63,359 bases of DNA, filler included, from Phoronis australis (GCA_002633005.1; 5 parts of 5 records of this genome joined end to end with filler, not necessarily neighbours in it); one strand, 5' to 3'. Counted from the first letter of the whole stretch, positions 38,875 through 53,396 are shown. Made by a program: numbers and translations. Notes: generated from the sequence alone by a model not told the origin.

Positions 38875-41800
38875 ATAATGTTTTGGTAACCGAATTGAAT
38901 CATTTAAATCGTCTTGGTATGGTCTGAAAAGTTGAAACGGTATACAAATCTGTGTCTTCCGCTATGTCCCTATATATTCTCTAAAAAATGTATGCTATTG
39001 TTTCCGAGAATTTACTCCTAATGATATTCCTATGAATCTGGGGGCAACACAGTCGTAGAAATTCAGTTGTTTTCATACAATTGCGAATGAATCCATAATG
39101 ATATGTATTTTCCGAGTAATTGCGATATTAGTTCCACAGAATATTCGATATATTAAAAAATGAACAATTGTGCATATCTCATTGATTTGATCACGGTGAC
39201 GGTACAACCTTAGAAAGTTTATTTTTTTGTAGGAAAATAGTTTCACTGTTGAAATTTGCCTTTTATCCATTAACAAGAACTTTCATAACCGTAAAATTCA
39301 TGGCAACATCTCGGCACAATCACAATACGTATCGTAAAATTTGATGAAGATCAAATATGAATCTGGAGCAATACAGGCGTGTAAATGCAATAATTTGATG
39401 GAAAGGCGAATGACTCTATACAGATATAGACCCAGGGCTGCCTCTAGTTGCAACAACTGCTGCGATGAAACGCCACATAAAAGCACTATACCGCACCAGG
39501 AAATTCATTTTCTATAGACTTTTGTTTTGTTAAAGAGCAAACGTTCTCGAAGAAGTCGAAAAACTACGAAGGAATTGGCACACGAAGGGAGCGAAGAAAT
39601 TGATAGAGGATTCAGGTTTGCAGCTTCGTGAATTTAAGTTCTCAGACTCGTGATAGTTCAGTAGATTTCCTAACGCTTTACATTCGACCATGCGATTGTA
39701 TTCACAGGTGGCAGACACCCAAGTTGTGTTACTGGCTGTATGAAAGATTGATTACATCTAAAATCTAGGCAAGTGATACATAATGTACGCATAACCACCA
39801 AATAACCAACCAAAGCTAAAAGTGGTCTTCCAAAAATCGCTGCTTATGTGTACACATGGTGAAAAGCATATTTGATATTGAAAATCACTTGTGTCTTTCC
39901 AAGGAGAAAACTAATAAAATTGGGAACATGATCCCTTTTCTCAATCCATGCAAACCCCCTCATTTCTTTTTTGGCACGGTTCATTGAGAAATGAACAACG
40001 CTGGTACACTTGTTCTCATTTGCGAACATAAAACAGCTGTTAATCATGACAGCAATTTGTTTACTAATGCTGTCTTGGGATATGAGCAATATACGTTGAC
40101 TTCGTTGAATGTCAATATTTGAGTATGCTGCAATGTAACCTGCAAATCACTATTTCATCATACTGACCAGGAGGAGGTGTTGTGACTGAAGTGAGTGTTG
40201 AGGCAATAGTCTGAGCTTCGATCGGCTGGCTTGTTGTTGACACAGTAGTGACGCCACCTGTAACGACTATTGCCATAAAATTTCACAACGAGTATAGTAA
40301 ATGTAAGATAATCGGGGCAAGGGCAGCCGATGGTCATTGCTATGACATTGACCGATTCGGCCAGACGTAGGAACCAAAAGTTTAATTTTTCACTATCCTT
40401 CGATTAAATTCAAGTACTGATTGGTGTGTCTAATCTTTGTACATATACAATGTAAGAACATCAGATGTAATGTTTAATATGAAATTGTCCCGGAATAAAA
40501 CTAACGCAGGTTTAAAATGCACAATGGCTAAGACTCGATTTTTATGGATATAGCGGAGTTTATTTATTTATTTTTACTTTTAGGTTTATATCTTGATTAC
40601 CAGCTCACGAAGCTATAGAAACGCACTAAAATATAAAACATAATGTTTTGGTAACCGAATTGAATCATTTAAATCGTCTTGGTATGGTCTGAAAAGTTGA
40701 AACGGTATACAAATCAGTGTCTTCCGCTATGTCCCTATATATTCTCTAAAAAATGTATGCTATTGTTTCCGAGAATTTACTCCTAATGATATTCCTATGA
40801 ATCTGGGGGCAACGCAGTCGTAGAAATTCAGTTGTTTTCATACAATTGCGAATGAATCCATAATGATATGTATTTTCCGAGTAATTGCGATATTAGTTCC
40901 TCAGAATATTCGATATATTAAAAAATGAACAATTGTGCATATCTCATTGATTTGATCACGGTGACGGTACAACCTTAGAAAGTTTATTTTTTTGTAGGAA
41001 AATAGTTTCACTGTTGAAATTTGCCTTTTATCCATTAACAAGAACTTTCATAACCGTAAAATTCATGGCAACATCTCGGCACAATCACAATACGTATCGT
41101 AAAATTTGATGAAGATCAAATATGAATCTGGAGCAATACAGGCGTGTAAATGCAATAATTTGATGGAAAGGCGAATGACTCTATACAGATATAGACCCAG
41201 GGCTGCCTCTAGTTGCAACAACTGCTGCGATGAAACGCCACATAAAAGCACTATACCGCACCAGGAAATTCATTTTCTATAGACTTTTGTTTTGTTAAAG
41301 AGCAAACGTTCTCGAAGAAGTCGAAAAACTACGAAGGAATTGGCACACGAAGGGAGCGAAGAAATTGATAGAGGATTCAGGTTTGCAGCTTCGTGAATTT
41401 AAGTTCTCAGACTCGTGATAGTTCAGTAGATTGCCTAAAGCTTTACATTCGACCATGCGATTGTATTCACAGGTGGCAGACACCCAAGTTGTGTTACTGG
41501 CTGTATGAAAGATTGATTACATCTAAAATTTAGGCAAGTGACACATAATGTACGCATAACCACCAAATAACCAACCAAAGCTAAAAGTGGTCTTCCAAAA
41601 ATCACTGCTTGTGTGTACACATGGTGAAAAGCATATTTGATATTGAAAATCACTTGTGTCTTTCCAAGGAGAAAACTAATAAAATTGAGAACATGATCCC
41701 TTTTCTCAATCCATGCAAACCCCCTCATTTCTTTTTTGGCACGGTCCATTGAGAAATGAACAACGCTGGTACACGTGTTCTCATTTGCAAACACAAAACA

Positions 41801-44800
41801 CCTGTTAATCATGACAGCAATTTGTTTACTAATACTGTCTTGGGATATGAGCAATATACGTTGACTCCGGTAAATGTCAATATTTGTGTATGCTGCATTA
41901 TAACCTGCAAATCACTATTTCATCATACTGACCAGGAGGACGTGTTGTGACTGAAGCGAGTGTTGAGGCAATAGTCTGAGCTTCGGTCGGCTGGCTTGTT
42001 GTTGACACAGTAGTGACGCCAGCTGTAACGACTATTGCCATAAAATTTCACAACGAGTATAGTAAATGTAAGATAATCGGGGCAAGGGCAGCCGATGGTC
42101 ATTCCTTCGACATTAACCGATTCGGCCAGACTTAGGAACCAAAATTTTTCGTTTGATTTTTCACTATCCTTCGATTAAATACAAGTACTGATTGGTGTGT
42201 CTAATCTTTGTACTTGGACAATATAAGAACATCAGATGTAATGTTTAATATGAAATTGTCCCGGAATAAAACTAACGCAGGTTTAAAATGCACAATGGCT
42301 AAGACCAGATTTTTATGGATATAGCGGAGTTTATTTATCTATTTTTAATTTTAGGTTTATATCTTGATTACAAGCTCACGAAGCAATAGAAACGCACTAA
42401 ACTATAATACATATTGTTTTGGTAACCGAATTGAATCATTTAAATGGTCCTGTTTTTGTCTGAAAAGTTGAAACGGTGTAAACTTCAGTGTCTTCCGCTA
42501 TTGCCCTATGTATTCTCTAAAAAAATGTATGCTATAGTTTCCGAGCATTTACTTTTAATGATATTCCTATGAATCTGGGGGCAACACAGTCGTAGAAATT
42601 CAGTTATTTCATACAATTGCGAATGAATCCATAATGATATGTATTTTCCGAGTAATTGCGATATTAGTTCCTCAGAATATTCGATATATTGAAAAATGAA
42701 CAATTGTGCATATCTCATTGATTTGATCACGGTGACGGTACAACCTTAGAAAGTTTTTTTTTTTGTAGGATAATAGTTTCACTGTTGAAATTTGCCTTTT
42801 ATCCATCAACAAGAACTTTCATAACCGTAAAATTCATGGCAACATCTCGGCACAATCATAATACGTATCGTAAAATTTGATGAAGGTCAAATATGTACAA
42901 TGTTTATATGGAGTGTTTTCTCTAAATATTGCCTAATCAGACTTATTGAAACTTGGAGTTTTTATTGAAGTACTAGTTGACGCCACTACCACAGTCATTG
43001 TTGGTTGTTTTGTTGTTGTTTAGAGCTGTGTAACTCCATTTCACGGTGAAGTAAAGGACACATCTTTTCTTTCGATTTTTTGTATATATTGGTTCATCAT
43101 CGTTGTTATTATTTTACAGTACATTTAAACGAGTTACATGTATACTTTTCTGATCTACATGTACTTGAATATAATGTAAGCAATATTACTAAATTTGCAT
43201 ACGTATGAAAACGCTAAACGAAATAAAATAGGGTTTACATTAGTAGAAAAATGCAACAAAATCTTCATCCTTTATGTAGCCCTGCACGTGCTTTCTTACA
43301 GGTATCCTACAAACTCCAGCTGTGCAATAGCACGTTAAAGCTACATATGTGTTGCAAAGGAAAATGGAAAATTACACTTCAAGCCTCGCCCATTGTAAAA
43401 ATATATGGGTTCCTGATTTAGAAACGGTTTACCGTTGGAAAGTGATGTGAAACACCTGTTCATATGCCCACGAAGATGTGCATTTGTATAGTGACGGTTA
43501 GGGTTCTACTCTAGTCACAATTTGCTCCTATGACTGATGCACAAAATGTGCCTGAGATCCACGTTACCAGCAATGGAAAATCACAATGACCTCTTTCTCC
43601 ATAAAACGCTCTCACATGTTGGACAGACACGCTGTCAGCAATCTCCGTTTCTGCGACTGATCGGAGCTCGATTTTTCAAAATGGGCCGAGCGCAGCGTCA
43701 TCCGGCCATAAACTGGTCGCTTTATCTATCGCGCGTTGCCATTGCAATGTGCGACTTAATGACCTGTGCAATTTCTGGGATATTGTACTTAGGGTCTATT
43801 GGAAACGCAGAAACTGAGATATTGTGTCTTCGATCGTTGTTAATTGTCAAATGCACCTTTTCATATAACTCGCCTTAGGGAATATTCAACTGTTGGTTTA
43901 GATCGCACTTTCGCTGATGACGACACGCACTCTTATTTATATATACTTTTGCGTTGATTCCTTGATTACAATTTCAGAGATTGTTAAAAACACACATAAA
44001 GTATATTATCATAATTGCTGGTAACCAATTTTAAACTTTTATGGACTTGCCTTGTTCTGAAGGGTTGAAAAGAGACAAAAAGTTTTTGCCATTGCCGCTA
44101 TAACCCTACTAGATCTCCACGCAAAATTAACGTTATAGTTGTCCGAGCATCTTCGTCTAATGTAATTCTAATGAATCTCGAGCAATACAGGCGTGTAAAT
44201 GCAATAATTTGATGGAAAGGCGAATGAATCTATACAGACATTGACCCAGGGCTGCCTCTAGTTGCATCAACTGCTGCGATGAAACGCCACATAAAAACAC
44301 TATATCGTAACAGGAAATTCATTTTCTATAGACATTTGTTTTGTTAAAGAGCTAAGGTTCTCGAATAAGTCGAAAAACTAAGAAGGAATTGCCACACGAA
44401 GGGTGCGAAGGAATTGATAGAGGATGCAGGTTTGTAGCCTCGTAAATTTAAGTTCTCAGACTCGTGATAGTTCAGTAGATTGCCTAAAGCTTTACATTCG
44501 ACCATGCGACTGTATTCACAGGTGGCACACACCCAAGTTGTGTTACTGGCTGTATGAAAGATTGATTACGTGCACCTAAAATCTAGGCAAGTGACACATA
44601 ATGTACGCATAACCACCAAATAACCAACCAAAGCTAAAAGTGGTCTTGCAAAAATCACTGCTTGTGTGTACACATGGTGAAAAGCATATTTGATATTGAA
44701 AATCACTTGTGTCTGTCCAAGGAAAAAACTAATAAAATTGGGAACATGATCCCTTTTCTCAATCCATGCAAACACCTTCTTCCTTTTTGGCACGGTCCAT

Positions 44801-44929
44801 TGAGAAATGAACAACGCTCGTACACGTGTTCTCATTTGCGAACACAAAACACATGTTAATCATGACAGCAATTTGTTTACTAATACTGTCTTGGGATATG
44901 AGCAATATACGTTGACTCCGGTAAATGTC
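38875..44929. repeat. Tandem array of a ~1.77-kb unit (38875-40639, 40640-42410, interrupted partial copy from 42411)
   Basis: Identical ORF-track peptides at a 1765-bp offset (39298/41063, 39530/41295); gaps flank the array on both sides. Confidence 0.95.
42896..44170. mobile_element. 1275-bp insertion in the third array unit
   Basis: Other units read caaat-ATG-aatct; here ATG flanks the insert on both sides (42893-42895, 44171-44173); the insert begins and ends with TA. Confidence 0.75.
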
Positions 44930-47900
44930 NNNNNNNNNNNNNNNNNNNNNNNNNNNNNNNNNNNNNNNNNNNNTTAATTAATTAANNNNNNNNNNNNNNN
45001 NNNNNNNNNNNNNNNNNNNNNNNNNNNNNCCCCCCTCCCGACTTCCCCCCATTCGGTGCTATGCGCACAAATGCTTACAGCCGGACAAAATGTTGGGCCC
45101 CCCCTTGTGATATCGTAGATCCGCCACTGACAGAACACACAAAATGAAAGACAATGTATCATATTATTGAATAACAGATAATCCTTACCTTTCTGGATCC
45201 TTAGGAAACCTAAAAAATGACACGTCTGGGGTTTTCGTGGATGAATTCATGCAATTTATCGCACTGCAAAATGCGTCCGTCCCCATTGTTTTGGCGCTTC
45301 CTGGTTGACCGTAGCTTGTTCACCACTTGGCGGCGCTAGTAGTAGCGGTAACAGCGAACTCACAAGTGAACTCTCCTATACTACTACACTCCTTGGTTTA
45401 ACTTTGGCGTGATCGGATGGCGCGTGCATCGAGAATTTTTCGCGCGGAATGCTTGCTAATCTAAAAAATTTTGCTATATATATTGAGGCTTGCTTTACAT
45501 CTTTTTTGTATGGTGGATGCTTAGACGTACTACCACTGACCAAAAATCATGTTGTAGTGAACCCGTGCTTTAATACTGCTGCGGTCAAGTGATCCTGAGG
45601 AATATTTTTAGGAGCACGTCATTCATGCACTAATACTTTTTGACGCACCGTCATTGCTTATAACTTGGGCTTTATTGCTTAATCATATCTTATTTCAAAT
45701 TTCTTGAAGTATATGCAGTGAACTGTAACACAACGACTACATGACAACAGCAGAGGAGAACAACTGATCAAAATGAATGCCATACCAACAGTGTTAGCAA
45801 TATGTTAAAACATGTATATTTGGTTAAGTTCATCAGTTTTGTTACGCGCGTAGGACTGTTACAGGTACCCGATATCACTCGGTTGTGGTCCTCGATCTAT
45901 CTCTTCGATTCTAATAACGATGAGCGCCACTTAATGGCAAGTATGTTTACTAAACTGAAATTATGTCCCATTGACATAGAAAATAGGTAGTCATCATAAG
46001 TTTTCATAATAACCACCAAATGTTTTTAAAAATTTACCATGACTTTAAGGTTATAAAAAACCAAGATGGTAGTGAACTAGGATGGGGACATCTTGTATGG
46101 TAGCATTGGGGATTTTAGACGGTCTTGCTAGAAATTGCTTAGCAAATACATAGTATACAGTGGCTGCTACTCAAGCACACTAGAGTAACTACCTCTATTA
46201 AAGGAGAATGCCACCCAAAAAACAGCCTATTTTGTATCAATTTAGATTGAGTAGTTCTACTCGATAATGGCACGTTCGGTTGCGTTACCTAACACCTGAC
46301 GGCACACAGAGGTGTAGAAATTATCCAATGACGTCATTGGTTTCACATGCAGTGTGTTCAGCAGTTCACAACAGGGGTTACTGTTGTCAGTTTATCGCTT
46401 GAATTCATCGTTTAACACCAATAAATCATCAAACAAAAACGTGTTGTTTTATTTCGCTGTTACGGATTTATTGGTATTTGGACACACCGTAACCTACAAA
46501 GTTCGGCAGGCCAATTTAGCAATGTCCGTAGCAGGAGTTTGGGGTCTGTTCGGAGATAAATTCGAAGTTTTTGTTTAGCCACTGGATTTTTTGGTCTGAC
46601 AGAGTTTCTCAGTGTGGCCATTACATTTAGACGTTTTTTTGGGATTTCTGACCACTGTACTGTTTCTTTTCCTTGGAATTGTGTAATTGATCTGAATTTA
46701 TGTTTCCGCATTTCATTTACCATTATGGATTTTTGTTTGTAAATGAGTATTTATTACTAACATTTGAGCCCCTGTTGCAGTTCGGCTGGTTTTATTCACG
46801 TATTTTTCTGCCTAGGTTGTAAACCCACATTCCGTCCAGGAGGTAAAGTTTTGATTTAGACCATTTACCTCCGTAAACTTTTCTCAATTTGTTTCTGATC
46901 CAGATGGGAAGTGATTTCTGTAATTGCACCAAATTGACAGTTTGCTATTCCTTGAGACCATTCTGTGTGCATAAAATCACACACTATTAGATAAGCCATC
47001 TTATAGAGATGTCCACTTCAAATGATTTTTTGTTGCAGTACTGAAAAGTGTTGGCACATTAGCTCTGGTGACTTCTTCACCATAAATGTAATTCCCTGAC
47101 TTTATGGCTTTTGTGTGGGTGCTGTAGCAACTGGAGTGTCTAGAAGGCATTTGTTTATTAGAGTCATAACATTTGCACTTTTGACTGTACAGTTATCTTT
47201 GTATTGTATTATGAAAACATATTTTGAAGTATACAAGTCTCTGGTTGGTGTTTTATATTATTTCACAAGGAATATTTTCAACTTAGATGAGTTGTCTGTG
47301 ACGTAGATAACTTTCAAATGAGATAAGAAATAAAATTGTCAAACATTGTTTTATTTTTTAGGTGTGTGATCTTTCAGTAAGTGATTACTTTTGAAAAACC
47401 AGTGCAGAATTTGATGTTTACTCTTCATTTAAAAGAGAATAAACCCATAAACCTGTATTGTCCAGAACTTTTACTCAAACTGCAGATTTAAGGTTGGGGA
47501 TTGGAATTTCAATACAACGGAATATGAACCCAAACCATGAGCAATACAACACAATACATGGATATAAAAATTTGGTGTTTAGCTTCCACGGGAAGAATTC
47601 CTGTGCATGGTAAGAGTTGCTGAGGTGCGTGATAAGTGTTTGTGGATATTTTGGGTATCCTCCTCTGTGGTCATCCAGAGGAAACCTGGTTGCATAGAGA
47701 ACAATACATTAGCTTCTTCATTGGTCCCGTTGTTATATGTATAATAAATATAATGACAAGCATTTATCGGTCAGATGTACTTCCAAGATTCTATATCCAT
47801 TTGACCTGTGTTGTTATATACAACAATGACACAACAACGGAAAACAATGATACGACCGATGGGCAATATACATGGGACGAGTTGCCATGGACAGTGGTGG

Positions 47901-49661
47901 AGTTTGTCTTGTCGTTCGATTGTTTTCAGAGAACTGCAAACCCGGTAATTCATCAGGAAAACAAAGACTTCTGCGGCCTTTTGTTTTAAGTCTTATAAAA
48001 AATTGTGGTCATGCCACTAAACTTATCATTCATTTGACTTTACAATGCATTGCATAAACATTTAATCAACAGAATATCTGATTTGATCATGCCTGAAGAC
48101 TGAATAACCATATATAAATTACAAGGCATAACAACTATAAATCAAAATAACCTTCATTTGTCGAGTTCATGTCTACACTGTTCACTGGAGAGGACAAAAT
48201 CGATTTTTACTAAAATGGAGCCATATATGGTATCTAGATGTACTAAAGTCCTAGGTGGTAAGTAATAAAACATTCAAAACATTCAGGAGGAACAAACTCA
48301 TTGCAAAATATCAAAAATAAAAGACAATTTTACGTGCTGATGCAACGATCTCAGATATTTGAAAAGTTCTCATTTTAGTACATTTGAGGTGCCAAAATGT
48401 ATAACTAATAAACTGGCTGACAAAGTTATAATTTTATGCAATGAAAATAACATGTTCTGTCAACACCTTGGCCAAGTTTCATTCTCATAGCAGTGGGGGC
48501 AGATTTGGTATAGCAGCGTATTAACTCAAATTGGCATAACGGGGGGAAGTGTAGTAAAACTACTAAATGAGAGTGGTAAATTGGTATCTTTTTTCAAGTC
48601 ATCTGTGTAACAATCTACTGACATCACTAAACAATGACATGTGAATAATAGTTCAATAGCTTTCATTCAAGGAAAAATGTAAACAGTTAAAATTTGGGCA
48701 GTTTTTTACAGCGTGACTGCGAAGAACGTAATATTTTGGGGAAATATTTTACCACTGTTTATGAATGTCAAATTTGTTAAAAATCGGCTGACCCCCATCT
48801 TCCCGCTGAATGGCTTTTATTCCTTGTAAGCATGCCATAAACATTTCCACTAAACGAGATAACATCAAACCCAAATTACAGGGGAAAACGTTCAGATTTA
48901 ACAGATTGAACTACTAGACCGTGACACCTTTGCTACATGTATGTTGCACTCGGCTAAACGGGATCCTGCTTTGTTACTCTACTCAACGAGTCACGAGCTT
49001 CATTCATACAGATACGACCATCCCATTACAAGCCTAGCTGGAAGTCCTTTTAATGGACGGCGTTTTACGTAGTTTTGAGTCTAATATTACAAAAGAGGAG
49101 TGAAAAAATATTAGTACAAATTTTCAAATCGGCACAGGATAAGTGATTTTGCAAACGCAACAACACTCACGGTTACTTTCATTCGGGGGGCACGACTGCA
49201 AAAATAGGACCCGAGTTAGGATAGTATAAATGCCGACCTACTCGGTGGATTATTTACATTTGGAACACACGTATTGCAAACTCAAAATACATGTATTATA
49301 GCCATAGCAAGCTCCAGAAAGAACATTTACTTTTAATGCACATTATTTTATTGCCATCCGTCAAAAAGGAAATTTCCGAGCTGTGACTCACTGCGAGAGC
49401 GCGTATGAATACAAAACCCAGACGGATCCGTGGGAAATATTGTCGATACATTCCTGGATTACAGCGATTTTCAATAAATTTTAGTATGCCTATGTTATTC
49501 ATAGGAACACGATTAAACGATTTTGGCGGTAGTTAGTTGAGATAGATAAAGTATTTCAAAAACACGTGTCCGTCATTTTTTGCAGCCTTATGCATGTAGA
49601 GTAGACGATTTTGGGTACTTTGTGTTTTTAATGTAGCTCATTTTCATATCATCCTGTTTAA

Positions 49662-50126
49662 AGAGGCACGGAACGCGAATACTCTTCAAAAATATCTTTT
49701 TAACAATTGCTGACCACCTCGCAACGTCTAGTACAGAATAATTCACAGTTCCCTTTTCCAGAAAAAAAATACAAAATTCACAATTTTTGAAATACGTAAG
49801 ACAAATGCGCGCCCACGCTTACAATCGGTTGCTTGAAGTCGTTTGAGGTCAAAGGCCACATTTTCCATATACGTCTATGTCTTGCCACACCAAATAAGGA
49901 GACGAGATTTGCCTTGTGGGAGAAAAATTGACGAAATGGCGAACAGTAGGCAGATCGTTTTTTCTGAAAATCGAAACTAAAAGAAAATGCTTTGATGTCC
50001 ACAGAAATTAAAAATCTTTACGAACAAACCTTAAAAACAACTGCTCAGTAGACAGAATCCTGTTTCAGTGGCAGAGAACCACTTTCAATATTACAATTTA
50101 GTCTGTTTATTGCGTGCCAGGCCTCT
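49662..50126. mobile_element. Kolobok-like non-autonomous DNA transposon
   Basis: TTAA on both sides (49658-49661, 50127-50130); TIRs agaggcacggaacgc / gcgtgccaggcctct; purine start rather than the piggyBac CCC start. Confidence 0.8.
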
Positions 50127-50216
50127 TTAAATACTATTGTGTGTATGACTTCTTGTATCATCACACTAGCACGAACTTTGAAATTAGCGCGTAAGTAAAT
50201 AACGACATATCTATCC

Positions 50217-50260
50217 AATCCAACGTTTCGGTTTATTTCATTAAACCATTCTCAAGGAAA
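50217..50260 (-). ncRNA. Minimal type I hammerhead ribozyme motif (U3-A8 core variant), PLE-type
   Basis: Minus strand: UCC-UUGAGAA-U-GGUUUA-augaaa-UAAACC-GAAAC-GUU-GGA. Confidence 0.55.
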
Positions 50261-50846
50261 CAGTTACAAACACAAAACAAGCGACACGGGTAGAGAAGAG
50301 ACTGTACAGGTACACATCAAAATGCAATCAAATGTGATTATCACATTAGTATGTTCAGATTCCACATTGTACATAAATAAAATTTTTGCTAAATATATCA
50401 ATTCCTTGGTTTAATTTTATTTTCTTTGGAGTTATTGTTCTCATAAGACGACAACTTTTTGAATGGTGTCATACATGGATCCAGAAAGACCCGTTAGGAG
50501 GCGTTGTTTTCTAAGCGTTCTGGGTATTTTCTATTCTCAACCTTCTTTGTCATCGTCTGCCTGTATCCCTTCTCTAAGTTACAACGTGCTAATGCCTTAT
50601 CAGTGATTTATGATCATGAGGGTAGTAGACAGCCGGGCAAAACTTGATAGATCTTTTTTGGTGACAAAGTCGCGCCAGAAGCAAACAACACATATTACAA
50701 TCACTCCAAAACAATCACCGAGTACTGTTTGGGAGGGGGATTACGAAGTTCAAAATTGCGATCGAGTTATCGAAGTCATTGGCGTTTTTATACTCCAACT
50801 TAAAGTTGGCATTGTTCTCGTAAAACTTGCTTTATTATAACGGGGT

Positions 50847-50947
50847 CATGATTCATGACTGAGTCGGTATGCATGATTCATTGGTCGGTATGCATGATTC
50901 ATGGGTCGGTATGCATGATTCATGGGTCGGTATGCATGATTCATAGG
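50847..50947. repeat. 21-bp minisatellite (gtcggtatgcatgattcatgg), about 4 copies
   Basis: Directly visible; explains the SVCMIHG repeat in the ORF track. Confidence 0.9.
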
Positions 50948-53396
50948 TTCGTAGGTGGTTCATTCGTTAGATGCGATGTTTGTGCGCATGATTCTACGGT
51001 ACCTCTGGTGTACATATCGGGTCCTACATGTATGTCTGCATAGACCCTATTCACGCCGACAGGAGGCGCGTTCCAAAACGAGGCTCGCTACGATAGCTCT
51101 GGTAGCTGATCCGCGTAGTTGTACTCCGCGTTGCTCGAACAACTAGCAAAAATACGGACATTCTGTTTTACAATCCCTAAGGACGTTGGGATTCGGAAGC
51201 GTTGGGTCCTTGCCAAACGCCGCGACGAAGGAAAATATGTCCGTGTAAAATTTATAACTGTTTTCATATCATAATTTGTCGCATCTCGGAGTGGATACCG
51301 CCATAGCAATTAACGAGGACCGCAATCTTCGGCCAGCCAGGCTACGTTTTCATAACTATGGGTTGAAGCACGATGCATTTTTCTTTACGAAAAGGACAGG
51401 GCCCTCAATTTTGGGGCCAAATATCGGCCCTATTTCCCTCTCAAAAATATTGAAAAATGACGCGAAATTCCTGGCCACGAGGCCTAAAAATCTCCTTTAT
51501 GATTGAAAATTTTTCTCCAACGGTTCAAATCACCTGTGACCACAGAGGTGACAATTTGAAAAAGTACAAAATCACAGGCGGATTTAGGGGAGGGGCAGGG
51601 GCCCGCCCCCCCCCCCCCCNNNNNNNNNNNNNNNNNNNNNNNNNNNNNNNNNNNNNNNNNNNNNNNNNNNNNNNNNNNNNNNNNNNNNNNNNNNNNNNNN
51701 NNNNNNNNNNNNNNNNNNNNNNNNNNNNNNNNNNNNNNNNNNNNNNNNNNNNNNNNNNNNNNNNNNNNNNNNNNNNNNNNNNNNNNATTAGGGCGTCCTC
51801 CCATTCATCAACCTTGGTACCCCCCGATTATCATATTAAGAAACATAAGTTCAATGACTTTAGCAGACAAGATTGGGAATGAGTGGTGACATTTTGCTCC
51901 CTTGCTAACTGCCCAGCACAGTCTTTGGTCTGACTCGTACGATAACATGCAGATCAATTATTTAAGTCTTCAAAGGGTTACTGAAACCCAGCAGAACTAC
52001 TTTCGACATCGGGTAACAGAACAACCACAGCGAATAAATAATGGTAGCTAAGGGTGTGTTTTCTCGGTGTGTCAGTAACCATTTCATCGGCATTGGGACT
52101 TGTTCCATGTAGTTTCAGTTAATTGGGGGTGGACGCCGGCAAGCAATATTTTACTCCAAGAAGTTGGGGGCGCTCTCGAGATGGTTTGTTCAGTAAAGAA
52201 AAGCCACTCTACGCACTCGAAATTTGAAAGAGGCTTCGGTGTGCAGCTTTTGAGGATCACTAGATCTGGATTTACCAAAAAACATACCCATTAATGAGGC
52301 CCGTTTCGCGCGTTCGGTCGTAGCTAGTCCTATAAGTAGGGTGGCCGAAGTCGGCCATTTTGTTTAGGTATGGCTGATTTTGACGTGCTGAACGTCCAAG
52401 TTTAAAAAGTTTTAAGCGTGTGAAAATTTAATTTGTGAACTAAAACATTAATAGATCCTGAAATTCTCAGTATCCCAATTCCAAAACTTTGCACGGACTT
52501 CACCTGCAATTTCATACATCACGGGACGTTTGCTTTCAACCTGGAGTTCAAAATTCACGCGACGCAAAATGAACGGCACCTGCAAGTGACCAAATTTGCC
52601 TGGATTGAGCACATAGGATAGGTCCTATCCAGGTGTGTGAAGGTTATTTTTATACGAAAATAATGTCATACTTCAGGAATCCGGACGAAGACTTTTATTT
52701 TTTCACTAAAAGTTTCATTTTTGCAAAATTTTGAATTAAATTGGAATTTTCTACATCAGAAATTTTTTAAAATCAAAATGAAAATTCTAATCAAACAATT
52801 GTAGGGGCAGATACTGGATGTTTCACTGTGATATATATTTATTGAAGGATACACAGAACATACAAAGAAATAATAACAAACCCAGAAACCGCGAAGCATT
52901 ATATCTGGGTTGTAAACAATTCATAAATGAAACTTACATACATAGAGGTATATACAATTATGTAGTATCTAAAATAAGTATTCCAATACTTAGATATGCT
53001 ATTACAGATATATAAAAACAAAAATATGTACAGATTCATGTAGGGAAATCAGATGCAACAATATTGATAAACGGTGCAAAATTTTGAATTAAATTGGAAT
53101 TTTCTACATCAGAATTTTTTTAGAATCAAAATAAAAATTCTAATCAAACAATTGTAGGGGCAGATACTGGATGGTACTCCTCTGCCTTTGAATTAATGAA
53201 CCATTATGTAGTAATTGAATTTCTGTCCATCAAATCTGAGTCGGGATCAGTCGAAAGTCACTTTTGTGCTTTCATTGCTCGCCAGTATGAGAAGTCCAAT
53301 TCTCAGTGATACTCTGATGGTGAACCGCAGCTGCGGAGGAATGGAAGTCTGATAGAGGATTGGGAAAGAATCTTGGGAGACAAAACTAGGGACAGC

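Noticed and set aside
39298-44847. Repeated short ORFs in the tandem array
   Set aside because: They recur because the DNA is duplicated; frames are broken differently between units and show no protein motifs.
46325-46340. Perfect palindrome CCAATGACGTCATTGG (CRE plus CCAAT)
   Set aside because: Lies inside a Kolobok-like repeat, is not conserved in the sibling copy, and no gene start is nearby.
47560-47990. 117-aa ORF and hydrophobic minus-strand segments
   Set aside because: No recognisable domain; minus frames are broken by stops; no splice model found.
50847-50947. Regular short repeats resembling CRISPR
   Set aside because: No unique spacers and no cas genes; eukaryotic minisatellite.
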